DNA from: Dehalococcoidia bacterium
GTDB taxonomy: Bacteria; Chloroflexota; Dehalococcoidia; Lucifugimonadales; UBA3495
DNA: 64,000 nt
Assembly (NCBI GenBank): GCA_965249065.1
Contig: CBDFLG010000001.1
Span: 1,192,318-1,256,317 of the forward strand
Reading direction: 5' to 3'
Positions 8,381-18,219 of this stretch are shown one piece after another; the first letter of the stretch is position 1; the number at the start of each line of letters is the position of its first letter. The position numbers and the translations under genes were made by a program. A model generated the notes under the pieces. It was not told where the DNA came from and did no database searches. It saw only the letters and a list, made by a program, of their open reading frames with translations.

Positions 8381-10834
8381 CTACCGCTCCGTTCGCACCT
8401 CCAGCAATGCGCCGTTGGTGGTGAATTCGACGTGGCCGTGGCGATCGGTGCGGAAGACGTTTTCTGCGCCTGCCTGCGCTTCCAGCCGCTCCACAACCGC
8501 TTGCGTTGGGTGGCCGAAGGAGTTGTCGCGCCCGGCGGATATTATTGCGACGGCGGGGTTGACGGCGTTCAGGAAACTTGGGATGGTAGAGGTGTTGCTG
8601 CCGTGATGGGCTACCTTCAATACCGTGCTGTGGAGTTCCGCGCCGCTGTTCACTAATCGTTCCTCGGCTTCGCGCTCGATGTCTGCGGTTAGCATAAAAC
8701 TTACATCGCCGTAGGTAAGCCGCAGGGCTATCGAGTCGTTGTTGAAATCGCCAAACAGGCGGTCTTGCGGCGGATTTAACACCCGAAGCTCTACGCCGTC
8801 GTCAAGGTGAATAACATATCCAGCGCGCACTTCCAGCGGCGTTATATTGTGCTGTTGCAGCCGCTGCTCCCATTGCGCCTGCATCTCGTTGCCCGGCGGT
8901 TGCGGCCCGGCCAGCACCGCGCCCACAGTGTAGCGGTCCAGCACATTCAGCAGCCCGCGGCTGTGGTCGGAGTCGAGGTGAGTCATCACCACTAGGTCCA
9001 GGCTGCGGTCGCCGCCGGGCAGCGTGTCGGCCAGCGCTTGGGACACACTGTCCCCGTCCGGCCCGCCGTCTATGAGCGCCTGCCGTCCTGACGGCGTGAC
9101 AATCAAGATACTGTCGCCCTGGCCGATGTCGAGGAAGTGGACGTGCAGGTATCCGTCGGGGCCGCCCGCCGCCCTGGCCCACAGGATGGCGGCGGCGATG
9201 CCCAGCGCCACGGCAACCGTCATCGTGAAGTAGGGGCTGGGCAGAGGCCAGCGGCTCCCAGCCCCACTCTGCCCCCCAGAGCTGGCCCCAAAGCTGTCCC
9301 TCAGCCGCGCCGCCGCTCTGGCTATGGCCTGCCGCCAGCGGCGCGTCCGGTGCGGCTGCGCGGCCAGCAGCGCCAGCCCTAGGCCGCCGTACCAAGCCAG
9401 AAGCAGCGGCTTGCCCACCCAATCCGCTTCCACCGTCCACGCCGGGAAGGCCGACACTACGGCAATCAGCCAAGCGGCGGGGGCTGCCGCAATCCCGCCC
9501 AGCAACACGCCCAACGGCGGGAATGCCAGCCCGGCCACGGCTGCCCCCAGCACCGTTGCGATGAGCGGGGCCATCGCCGGAATCGCCAGCAGCGACACCG
9601 GCACGCCCAGCAGCGCGACTTGGCCGAAGTTTGCCGCCGCCAGCGGCCACGTCGCCAGCGTAGCCGCCGCCGACACCACGATCAGCGCCGCCGCCCATCC
9701 TGCCAGCCGCTTTGCCCAGCCCGCCGTCGGCGAGCTTCCCCAACCGAGCCTGCCGCCCAGCATCGCCTGAGTCAGCGCAATCCCGCCCACGGCGGCGAAG
9801 CTCAACTGAAAGCTGACCTGCCGGACAAGATTGGGCGACGCAACGGTCATCAGCGCCGCGGCCAATGCCAAGGCCGGCAACACGCTGGACGGACGGCCCA
9901 GCCCCAGCGCAGCCAGGTACACCGTGCCCATCACCGCAGCCCGCAGCGCCGACGGCGATGCTCCGGCAGCCAGAGCGTAAAGCCAGATTGCTGCCGCCGC
10001 GATTATCAAGTAAGTTGGCCGCCGCCGGCCCAGCAGCCAAGACGCTGCGCCTGCCGTCACTGCCAGCAGGACACCGACGTGCAGCCCGGAAATCGCCAGC
10101 AGGTGCGCCGCGCCGGTGCCGCGAAACTTGTCTACCAGTTCCGGCGGCAGCGATTCCCGCTTGCCCAGCAGCATCGCTGCTCCCAATGCCGACTCCGGGA
10201 AGGGCATGGCCTGCTCGATGCTGTCGGCCATCCGCCACCGCGCCGCGTAGATTGCGGCCCGCCACCACGCTCCGCCCTCGCCGGTGACCTGCGCTTCCCG
10301 CGCGAACAGCGTTGCCGTGATGCCTTGCGCGGCCAGATACGCCGGATAGTCGAACCTGTCAATGGGCTGAGGTTCCTGGGGCGTTCCCCGGACGGATACC
10401 TCGTCACCGTAGCGGAAAAACGGCGCGCTCCGCCGCGCCACCAGTTCGTCGGCTGGACTGGCGTAAACCAGCCACCGCTCGTTGGCGTGCCGCGTTTCGC
10501 CGTCAACGCTGATTTGGGAAACCCGCAGCTCGAAGCGGACTCTCGTTGCCGTATTTTCCGGGTCGTCGGCAATCCGGCCTGTGGCGATAATTTCCTGCCC
10601 ATCGTGCCCGGCTGCGGCTCCGTATCCGATCTGCGAGGCGTCGGCGCGCGCCAGTCCCAACAGCAAGACCGCCGCCAGAATAGCCGGGAAGGCGGGCATA
10701 CTCGCCAGCCGCAGCCCGATGGCCGTCAGCCCGGCAGCGCCAGCCAGCAGCAGCATCGCGGCAGTCCCCAGATCCGAGGACTGCCCCAGCAGTACCCCGC
10801 CCAGCCAGGCCGCTGCCAACAGCCCCAGTCTCAA
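8381..10834 (-). CDS. comEC: DNA internalization competence protein ComEC/Rec2
   Basis: AHLLAISGLHV, SFQLSF, metallo-beta-lactamase domain (DIGQGD, THLDSDH, KVAHHGS, FGHP). Confidence 0.95.
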   Translation of the reverse strand: MRLGLLAAAWLGGVLLGQSSDLGTAAMLLLAGAAGLTAIGLRLASMPAFPAILAAVLLLGLARADASQIGYGAAAGHDGQEIIATGRIADDPENTATRVRFELRVSQISVDGETRHANERWLVYASPADELVARRSAPFFRYGDEVSVRGTPQEPQPIDRFDYPAYLAAQGITATLFAREAQVTGEGGAWWRAAIYAARWRMADSIEQAMPFPESALGAAMLLGKRESLPPELVDKFRGTGAAHLLAISGLHVGVLLAVTAGAASWLLGRRRPTYLIIAAAAIWLYALAAGASPSALRAAVMGTVYLAALGLGRPSSVLPALALAAALMTVASPNLVRQVSFQLSFAAVGGIALTQAMLGGRLGWGSSPTAGWAKRLAGWAAALIVVSAAATLATWPLAAANFGQVALLGVPVSLLAIPAMAPLIATVLGAAVAGLAFPPLGVLLGGIAAAPAAWLIAVVSAFPAWTVEADWVGKPLLLAWYGGLGLALLAAQPHRTRRWRQAIARAAARLRDSFGASSGGQSGAGSRWPLPSPYFTMTVAVALGIAAAILWARAAGGPDGYLHVHFLDIGQGDSILIVTPSGRQALIDGGPDGDSVSQALADTLPGGDRSLDLVVMTHLDSDHSRGLLNVLDRYTVGAVLAGPQPPGNEMQAQWEQRLQQHNITPLEVRAGYVIHLDDGVELRVLNPPQDRLFGDFNNDSIALRLTYGDVSFMLTADIEREAEERLVNSGAELHSTVLKVAHHGSNTSTIPSFLNAVNPAVAIISAGRDNSFGHPTQAVVERLEAQAGAENVFRTDRHGHVEFTTNGALLEVRTER

Positions 10835-10933
10835 CGCTGAAACCCCTCGCGAGGCATTATTCGAGGCCTGAGCATCCGGGCGGGAATGCGGGCGAGTGTC
10901 CGAGTGAGAATCCGGGAAGGTGAGAGCAAAGCG

Positions 10934-11575
10934 CTATGGCCTTCCCGACACAGTCACGAGCTGGCGTATTGCTTCCAGGGTCTTGGGGCCGATGCCGGGG
11001 ACGTTTTCCAAGTCGTCAATGGCGGCGAAGGGGCCGTTGGCATCGCGGTGAGCGATTATCCTGCCCGCCATCACCGGACCGATTCCGGGCAGCGCTTCCA
11101 GTTCTTGCGCCGAGGCCGTGTTGAGGTCAATCAGCGAGCTGGCGCTGCCGTTTCCGGCCCTGTCATTTCCGGCCCTGTCATACTCAGCCACACCGCCGCC
11201 GGACGTTGAGGCAGCGGGCGCAGGCGGCGTTTCGCCGAAGAAAGGGACGTAGTAGTGAGCTTCATCCTGCACCCGGAGGGCGAAGTTGATGCCCGAAAGG
11301 TCGGCGTTGGGGCCAAAGCCCCCGGCGGCGGCCACGGCGTCAAACACCCGGTCGTTGGCGTTCATTGAATACACGCCGGGTTTCATAACCTCCCCGCTGA
11401 CCTGCACCTTGATATCCGCAGCGGCTTCGCTGACTGCGGTGGCTTCCGGCGCGACGATGCGCACCGGCGCGGCGTCATCGCTGCGGGTCAGAAGCACCAC
11501 GGCGACGGCCACCAGAGCCAGCGCCGCCAGCAACGCCAGCCCTGCGCCAACAACCCTGGCTGCTTGTCCGCTCAT
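10934..11575 (-). CDS. comEA: Competence protein ComEA (SLBB + helix-hairpin-helix)
   Basis: N-terminal TM, VSGEVMKPGVY, IDLNTAS..LPGIGP..VPGIGP; upstream of comEC. Confidence 0.92.
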   Translation of the reverse strand: MSGQAARVVGAGLALLAALALVAVAVVLLTRSDDAAPVRIVAPEATAVSEAAADIKVQVSGEVMKPGVYSMNANDRVFDAVAAAGGFGPNADLSGINFALRVQDEAHYYVPFFGETPPAPAASTSGGGVAEYDRAGNDRAGNGSASSLIDLNTASAQELEALPGIGPVMAGRIIAHRDANGPFAAIDDLENVPGIGPKTLEAIRQLVTVSGRP

Positions 11576-11756
11576 CCTCCGGCTCCATAGCCCGGCCTAA
11601 AACCAACCGGCCCGTGGGATTATAGCCCACAGTCCGGTTATTTTGTCCGTGCCGGGCAACTTTGCCAGCTTGCCATAATCGAAGTGTCCGGCAGGTTGTC
11701 ATAGATTTACGGTTTCCAATATAATCTAGCCTGATTCTGACCCAAGGACAGATAAA

Positions 11757-12725
11757 ATGACCAACCGCGCGGCATCCGTCAATGGCGCTCCCCATCCCCA
11801 ATTCGCCTTCTTCCAGGGCGAGGTGGTGCCTTTGGAGGACGCCCGTGTGAGTGTGATGACCCATGCCCTCCACTACGGCACGGCCGTTTTCGAGGGCATC
11901 CGGGGCAACTGGAACGAAGAAAAAGAGACGATGTTCATCTTCCGCCTGCGCGAGCATTACGAGCGGCTGATACAAGGCTGCCGGATGCTCATGCTGGACA
12001 TCCCTTACACCGTTGACGACCTCTGCCGCATTACCGTCGAGCTGGCGGAGCGAAACGGCAACCGCTCCGATGTTTACATCCGTCCCTTGGCCTACAAGAG
12101 CGAGGAGCTGGTCGCCAACCTCAAGCTCCATGAGATTGCCAGCGACTTCACCCTGATTGTCATACCTTTCGGCAACTACCTGGGCACCGAAAACCTGCGC
12201 TGCTGCACGTCGTCCTGGCGTCGGCTCGAAGACCAGATGACGCCGACGCAGATCAAGACCTCGGCCAACTACCTCAACAGCATCCTGGCCAAGACCGAGG
12301 CGGTGCTGGCCGGGTTCGATGAGGCCATACTGCTGAACCAGGACGGCCACGTTTCCGAAGGTTCCGGCGAAAACCTGTTTATGATGCGGAAGGGCAAGCT
12401 GATTACCCCGATTCTGGAAGACAATCCCTTGCCCGGCATCACCCGCGAAACGGTGATGGAGCTGGCCCAGGAAGACCTGGGGCTGGAAGTCGTGGAGCGC
12501 CGCATTGACCGCAGCGAGCTGTACTTGGCCGACGAGGTGTTCCTCAGCGGCACGGCGGCCCACCTCACCCCGGTAATTTCCCTCGACAGCCGCCCCATCG
12601 CCGACGGAAACCCCGGCCCGGTGTCCACTGCCTTGAAGCGGATGTACTTCGACATCGTGTTCGGACGAAACCCCAAGTATCTGCATTGGTGCACCGCCGC
12701 CGTCCCCAACTTGGTCGCGGCTTAA
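11757..12725 (+). CDS. ilvE: Branched-chain amino acid aminotransferase
   Basis: HALHYGTAVFEGIR, catalytic K in QIKTSANY, EGSGENLF, LPGITR, ADEVFLSGTAA. Confidence 0.93.
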   Translation: MTNRAASVNGAPHPQFAFFQGEVVPLEDARVSVMTHALHYGTAVFEGIRGNWNEEKETMFIFRLREHYERLIQGCRMLMLDIPYTVDDLCRITVELAERNGNRSDVYIRPLAYKSEELVANLKLHEIASDFTLIVIPFGNYLGTENLRCCTSSWRRLEDQMTPTQIKTSANYLNSILAKTEAVLAGFDEAILLNQDGHVSEGSGENLFMMRKGKLITPILEDNPLPGITRETVMELAQEDLGLEVVERRIDRSELYLADEVFLSGTAAHLTPVISLDSRPIADGNPGPVSTALKRMYFDIVFGRNPKYLHWCTAAVPNLVAA

Positions 12726-12730
12726 ATAAA

Positions 12731-12838
12731 CCCCCTCTCCCTCTGGGAGAGGGTTAGGGTGAGGGCGTTTCACTGTTTACGGCGTTGCAGGGCTGTATCG
12801 CCAATGCCCGCGTAGGGGCGCACAGCCGTGCGCCCCTA
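12731..12838. repeat. REP cluster: family B copy (12731-12765) and GTAG-type hairpin GTAGGGGCGCACAGCCGTGCGCCCCTA (12812-12838)
   Basis: Palindromes read directly; related hairpins at 32727-32752 and 35218-35248. Confidence 0.8.
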
Positions 12839-12924
12839 TCGTATATCTCGCACCTATCGTAATAGGGCGCCCTTCCCGTATACGTGCGCCCCATACCAGA
12901 TAAAGGAGACCGCCGCCGGCGCTC

Positions 12925-13524
12925 GTGGAAACGCTGACCGAGATTGCCTACTGGCTGGGGCTTGGACTGCTGGCCTATGCCATCGGTGGAATCCCCACGG
13001 CGTACCTGTTTGCCCGCTTCGCCATGGGCCGCGATATACGCGGCATCGGCGACAACAACAGCGGCGCGGCCAACGTGTTCCGCGAGGTCGGCCCCCGGGC
13101 GGGGATGGCCTGCGGAGTTATCGACATCATCAAGGGAGGGGTTGCCGTTGCTGTGGTGCGCCTCATTGCCCATGACAGCGGAATCGAGATGATGGCCGGC
13201 GTCTGCGCCATCACCGGGCACAACTGGCCGGTCTATCTGCGCTTCCGGGGAGGACGGGGAGCATCCGTAGCCGTTGGGGTGCTTATCGCCATGCTGCCGC
13301 TGATTGCGCTGCCCCTGGGGGCGCTGTCATTGGTGGCCTTGTATCACACCCGAAAGGCGATGTTTGCCTTGGCGATGTTCCTCATCGCCCTTCCGGTGCT
13401 GTCCTGGCTGGCCGGCTATACCGTGGCGGTTGCGCTCTATGCTCTGGCAGTTCCTCTGCTGGTAGGCATGAGCCACGTCTACTCGACAAAAATCCTGCCC
13501 CGGCTCAGTGCTCGCGCTTCCTGA
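12925..13524 (+). CDS. plsY: Glycerol-3-phosphate acyltransferase PlsY family
   Basis: GGIP, DIRGIGDNNSGAANV, DIIKG, GHNWPV..FRGGRG motifs. Confidence 0.88.
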   Translation: METLTEIAYWLGLGLLAYAIGGIPTAYLFARFAMGRDIRGIGDNNSGAANVFREVGPRAGMACGVIDIIKGGVAVAVVRLIAHDSGIEMMAGVCAITGHNWPVYLRFRGGRGASVAVGVLIAMLPLIALPLGALSLVALYHTRKAMFALAMFLIALPVLSWLAGYTVAVALYALAVPLLVGMSHVYSTKILPRLSARAS

Positions 13525-13551
13525 AGCCGGCCTGCAAACAAGGATGATGGA

Positions 13552-14679
13552 ATGTCCAACATAGAAGTAATCGGCATGATCGGCGTCAACCGCGAGCGAG
13601 ATTCCTCGCGCGGGGTGACTCTCAGCCTGTTCGGGGGCGGCATCAATCCCGCCAACGAAATACCGGCGGGCATTGACCCGGAGTACATCGCCGAGTTCTC
13701 GCAGGCCCACGAGCAAAGCGGCTTCGACAAAGTGCTGATAGGCTACTCGTCGGCCACCGCCGACGGGTTCGCCGTGGCGGGTTATGCCGCCACCCGCACC
13801 GAGACCTTGGGCTACCTGATCGCCCACCGCGCCGGGTTTATGGCCCCCACGTTGGCCGCGCGCCACGCCGCCACCCTCGATCAGCTAAGCGGCGGGCGCA
13901 TCGCCCTGCACGTCATATCCGGCGGCAGCGACGAGGAGCAGCGGCGCGACGGCGACTGGCTGGACCACGATTCGCGCTATCGCCGCACCGGGGAGTGGAT
14001 GGACATAATGCGCCGAATCTGGACCGAATATGCGCCCTTCGATTACGAAGGCGAGTTCTACCGGCTGGCGCAGGCCCACGCCCAGGTCAGGCCCCAGCAG
14101 CGGCCTCACATCCCGCTGTACTTCGGCGGAGCTTCCGAGGCTGCGCTGGAAGTCGGGGCGCGGCACGCCGACGTTTTCGCGCTGTGGGGCGAGCCGATCG
14201 CCGCCATCCGGGGGCAGATAGCAGACATCCGCGAGCGGGCTGCCCGCTACGGCCGATCCATGCGCTTCAGCCTCTCGGTGCGCCCTATCCTGGGCGACAC
14301 GGAAGGCGAGGCGTGGGAGCGGGCCCGCGGCATTCTGGAGCGAGTGCGCGGCTCGGTGGACGGCTCGGTAGGCCCCGACCGCCCGGCGCGGCTGCAATCG
14401 GTCGGCTCCCGTCGGCTGCTGGACTTCGCGGCCCAAGGCGAAATCCATGACAAGCGCCTCTGGATGCCCATTGCCGCCGCCACCGGCGCCGCCGGCAGCA
14501 CCACCGCCCTAGTCGGCACCGCCGAGCAGGTGGCCGAGTCGCTGCTGGCCTACTACGACGCCGGCTGCGCCACCGTCCTCATTCGCGGCTTCGACCCGCT
14601 GCAGGACACCTTCGACTACGGCAAGGAGCTTATCCCAATACTCCGGTCAGAGGCCGCTTCCCGTCCCGTACCAGTCTAG
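13552..14679 (+). CDS. LLM-class flavin-dependent monooxygenase (SsuD-like)
   Basis: IAHRAG, ATLDQLSGGRIALHVISG, PLYFGGAS, ALVGT motifs. Confidence 0.88.
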   Translation: MSNIEVIGMIGVNRERDSSRGVTLSLFGGGINPANEIPAGIDPEYIAEFSQAHEQSGFDKVLIGYSSATADGFAVAGYAATRTETLGYLIAHRAGFMAPTLAARHAATLDQLSGGRIALHVISGGSDEEQRRDGDWLDHDSRYRRTGEWMDIMRRIWTEYAPFDYEGEFYRLAQAHAQVRPQQRPHIPLYFGGASEAALEVGARHADVFALWGEPIAAIRGQIADIRERAARYGRSMRFSLSVRPILGDTEGEAWERARGILERVRGSVDGSVGPDRPARLQSVGSRRLLDFAAQGEIHDKRLWMPIAAATGAAGSTTALVGTAEQVAESLLAYYDAGCATVLIRGFDPLQDTFDYGKELIPILRSEAASRPVPV

Positions 14680-15518
14680 CCGCCGGGACTACCCTCCATC
14701 ATTGGCGTCCCGCACTTGAGAGCCGCCTCGAAGAACGCCTGATTAGGGTCGCCTCCTTCCGTCGGTAGCAGTGCTGCGACCACACCTTCTGGGCCGCCCA
14801 ATTCTTCCATAACGCATTGGATGTTCTCACGTTCTCCCGGTTCCGCCCCCAAGGACGGGCCGGCAGCTTCCCACTCCTGTTCGTTCATACAGGAGATGGT
14901 CAGTATCATGCTAGTCATGCTTCCCGCCATGGCCGCACCCTCATCGCCTCCTATGGACGAGGTGAGCATTATGGAGCGAAGGTCAATCTCGGAGAATCCG
15001 GCGCGAATGCACATCGAGGTCTCATCGCTCAGCCGGCCTGCCTCACTGATGAGTCCAGTCAGGAACAACCTGAGCAACGTATCGTCACTCAGACACTGAA
15101 TTAACTGCTCTGTCTCCTCTGGAGAAGCCAGTTCAGGATTGCCTATTAGTGCTGCGAGCCGTTGAGGGCCGACGTCTTCCGAAAGGCAGGACTGCTCTGC
15201 GCCCGAAAGTTCGGCTAGGAATGCCTGCGGGTCATCCATTCTCAGAGGAGCGATCGATCCCGTGGCCGATGCCTGGTCCGGCATCGCCGTAGGCTCGGGC
15301 GCTGTAGTTGCCGTAGGTTCGGGCGCTGTAGTTGCCGTAGGTTCGGGCGCTGTAGTTGCCGTAGGTTCGGGCGCTGTAGTTGCCGTGGGTTCGGGCGCCA
15401 TGGTTGCCGTAGGCGCCGGTGTATTAGTGGGGGCAGGGGTCGGCGTCGCGCTGGAACAGGCCAACAGCGCCGTCACCGACACAAGGATCGCGCAGTACAG
15501 GAGCTTCGACATAGGCAA
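14676..15518 (-). CDS. Hypothetical lipoprotein with Pro/Thr-rich linker and Cys-containing helical domain
   Basis: Lipobox LLAC, five TAPEPTAT-type repeats, lower GC than neighbours. Confidence 0.75.
   Translation of the reverse strand: MPMSKLLYCAILVSVTALLACSSATPTPAPTNTPAPTATMAPEPTATTAPEPTATTAPEPTATTAPEPTATTAPEPTAMPDQASATGSIAPLRMDDPQAFLAELSGAEQSCLSEDVGPQRLAALIGNPELASPEETEQLIQCLSDDTLLRLFLTGLISEAGRLSDETSMCIRAGFSEIDLRSIMLTSSIGGDEGAAMAGSMTSMILTISCMNEQEWEAAGPSLGAEPGERENIQCVMEELGGPEGVVAALLPTEGGDPNQAFFEAALKCGTPMMEGSPGG
15286..15413. repeat. Coding tandem repeat, 24 bp x 5.3
   Basis: Unit GCCGTAGGTTCGGGCGCTGTAGTT at 15286, 15310, 15334, 15358, 15382. Confidence 0.95.
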
Positions 15519-15567
15519 CCTTCTTCACATAATAACCCTAACAAATATAGCACACTCCCCGTCTTCC

Positions 15568-16103
15568 CAGAACGATTGCAAAGTTCCCTCTCCCAGAGGG
15601 AGAGGGTTAGGGTGAGGACGTTCCCCAGACGAAAACTGTCCCGAACGAATGCCGCAGCCCTTGCCGGGTTCCCCTAATACGATTTTATGACACCCGGTCT
15701 TTATGACACTTGGCCCTTGCCAAGCCCTATGACACCTCCCTAGCATAGTTCCTGTATGCCCCTGCCCGTCCGCCATTCGGCTCTCAACACGGCCGCCCCA
15801 AACAGAAAATAACCAAATGGCCGGAAATGGCCGGGAATGACCGGGAAACCAAAAAAAGCCACTCAGGCAGCATCAGGAAGTGCAGTCATGTCTTTGTGTA
15901 AAGTCCTCAAGAGTCCGCCCATGGCGAGCTGGTCGAACCACCAACGCACTCGGACAACTCAGGGCCCAGCAGGGCAATTGCAAAGTCATGTTCAGCCACC
16001 AAACCGTTAGTCCTGAGCTGGTCGAAGGACGGTCTCTGAGAATCCGCTCGCGGTTCGACCAGCTCACCAAGAACGGATTCTCAGAGACTTTGCAATCGTC
16101 CTG
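15568..16103. mobile_element. Nested MITE-like element (536 bp) containing family-B and family-C REPs and an internal left end at 15970
   Basis: CAGAACGATTGCAAAGT (15568-15584) / ACTTTGCAATCGTCCTG (16087-16103); 10-bp direct repeat CCCGTCTTCC at 15558-15567 and 16104-16113. Confidence 0.85.
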
Positions 16104-16218
16104 CCCGTCTTCCGGCGAAACATGACAGATGTATCGGGGAAAGGCCCTTGATTGCAGTACAGTCCGGCAGCGGGCAAGGCCTTGTCCTGTTTTGGAAAGG
16201 GGTTTCGCTGCCAGCAGG

Positions 16219-17115
16219 CTAAAGGCCGCGCCATTCCAGCAGGCCGCTCAGCAGGTCAAAGAACCTCGGGGCGTCCACCTCTGCGGCCAGCGCGACGGGG
16301 CCAGGTTCGTCTGCGACCGTCGTTTCGCCCCAGCGTTCTCCCGGCGAAGTGCCCACGGTCACAGCCACCCGGCGCAGTGTCGCTACACCCGGATCCAAGG
16401 CCATGGCAACCGCCAGCGGGTCGTAAAACTCGAACCGCTCCCGCCGGGCGTCGCGGGCAAACCAGCCCTGCACTATCCGCAGCGCCAGCCGTCCCAGTAG
16501 GGTGTCCGACGACAGTGCCGCCGTCTGCTCCCGGCTGATGCCCACCTGCCGGCACGCGGCCAGGTCTGCCAGCATCATGGGGGTGTCCAAGCCTAGAATG
16601 TGGGCCGCCGCCAGCGGGTCGCTGTGGAAATTGAACTCCGCCCGCGGCGTGACGTTGCCGGGGGTTTCCACCGCGCCGCCCATAACTGCTATGCCCGCGC
16701 TCCGGTTTAGGATTCCTGGCCGCCGCTGCTCCAGGCGCGACAGGTTGGTCAGTGGCCCCAGCGCTACGACGGTGAATCTGCCGGGGGTGCCGGTCAGCTT
16801 TTCTTCCAAAAAGTCCACCGCCGTCTGTTGGACGGCCGCCGCAGCCGGTTCCGGCAGCCTGACAGACAGACCGCCCGGCCCGTGAAACGCCACTGACGGC
16901 CGGTAGCGGCCGGTCAGTGGCCGCGCCGCTCCTTGCGCCACTGGAATATCGGAACGGCCGGCGGCCTGAAGCAGCGCCAGAGCGTTGCGAGTGGCTCGCG
17001 CCCGCGGCACGTTGCCCCCGAGCGTGGTCAGCCCGGCTACCTCGGCTTGGGGTGAGGCCAGCGCCATCAGGATGGCTAACGCATCGTCGACACCCGGGTC
17101 GGTGTCGACGATCAA
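16219..17115 (-). CDS. Nucleoside hydrolase (IU-NH family)
   Basis: DTDPGVDD calcium-binding motif, LGPLTN, MGG..GNVTPRAEFN..DP; start codon uncertain. Confidence 0.9.
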   Translation of the reverse strand: MIVDTDPGVDDALAILMALASPQAEVAGLTTLGGNVPRARATRNALALLQAAGRSDIPVAQGAARPLTGRYRPSVAFHGPGGLSVRLPEPAAAAVQQTAVDFLEEKLTGTPGRFTVVALGPLTNLSRLEQRRPGILNRSAGIAVMGGAVETPGNVTPRAEFNFHSDPLAAAHILGLDTPMMLADLAACRQVGISREQTAALSSDTLLGRLALRIVQGWFARDARRERFEFYDPLAVAMALDPGVATLRRVAVTVGTSPGERWGETTVADEPGPVALAAEVDAPRFFDLLSGLLEWRGL

Positions 17116-17183
17116 GCGCAGCGGCTCTTCGTGATTAGGGATGATCTTGGAACTCCGGTGCAGATAACGGCGCAGTCACACCG

Positions 17184-18164
17184 TCAGCGGATTTCGGCCA
17201 GCTTGGGGAGTTGCTGTTGCGCTTCTTCGTTGTAACTGGCGAGGGCAGACACCGCCTGCGACGCGGTGTACCGGAAGCGATAGCCCGTTGCCCGGTGCAG
17301 GCTGCCCGTGCTCATGATGATCGGCCAGCGATTCAGGTAGTGGGAATAGGCGCCTGAAGTGCCGCCCGTGAGGCGTTTCAGAGGGTAGACCAGCCCCGCC
17401 GGCAACTGAGTTCGCTGGGCCGCAACTGTCTGGACCAGTTCTCTCAAGAAGACCACCCCATCGCTGGCCAAGTTGAAAATGCCGGAAACTTCCTGCGTGA
17501 TGGCCAGACACAGAATCCGGGCCAGGTCGTCGTCGTAAACAAACTGCAATGGCGGGTTGTGGTCGGACAGCCCCACCCAGCCCGGAAAATAGAACTCCCG
17601 CAGCAGCCCCATTGCCGTCATCGTCCCCAGCGCCGGACTGCTGCGGAAAATGGTCACCTTCATGTCGGGAGTGTCCTGAGCAAACTCCAATAGCGATTGT
17701 TCGGCTCGGTAATGGTCTTGGGCGTAGGGAAAACCATGGGACGGGCGCCGGGGAGAATCCTCAAGGACTGGAATGGGATTGTCGGGACGCGCGCCGTATA
17801 CGGTGTGTGAGCTCAGGTAAATCAGATGCCCGACGCGGGCGCGCTGGCAGGACTCCATTACGCTCCGCAGCATTTCCCGGTTCTGTTCGCTCATCGCGGC
17901 CGCGTCGCGCCGGTTCTGGCCGTGCCGCCACACGAACGCCAGATGCACCAGGGTGGTGACTCGCTGCCGGGTTAGTTCCTCGTGGATCGGCGTCGCCACG
18001 TCGCGCCGGAAGGCGGCTATGTTGTGGACCGGAGCACTCAGCGGACGGGTATCAAAGGCGACCAGCTTGCCTAGTCCCGGAGTCTCCTCCAGATGCTCCA
18101 GCAGCTTTGTGCCGATGTGCCCCGAAGAGCCGGTTACAGCAACCACCTTCCGCTGCGTCGTCAT
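17184..18164 (-). CDS. NAD-dependent epimerase/dehydratase family protein
   Basis: VTGSSGHIG Rossmann motif, HLAF, YLSS..VYG. Confidence 0.85.
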   Translation of the reverse strand: MTTQRKVVAVTGSSGHIGTKLLEHLEETPGLGKLVAFDTRPLSAPVHNIAAFRRDVATPIHEELTRQRVTTLVHLAFVWRHGQNRRDAAAMSEQNREMLRSVMESCQRARVGHLIYLSSHTVYGARPDNPIPVLEDSPRRPSHGFPYAQDHYRAEQSLLEFAQDTPDMKVTIFRSSPALGTMTAMGLLREFYFPGWVGLSDHNPPLQFVYDDDLARILCLAITQEVSGIFNLASDGVVFLRELVQTVAAQRTQLPAGLVYPLKRLTGGTSGAYSHYLNRWPIIMSTGSLHRATGYRFRYTASQAVSALASYNEEAQQQLPKLAEIR

Positions 18165-18219
18165 TTCTTGGACCGGCCGCCGGAATGAATTTCGATGCCG
18201 GGCTGAACTATATGGGGAT

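Noticed and set aside
15286..15413. 24-bp repeat as CRISPR-like
   Set aside because: No spacers; it encodes a Pro/Thr linker.
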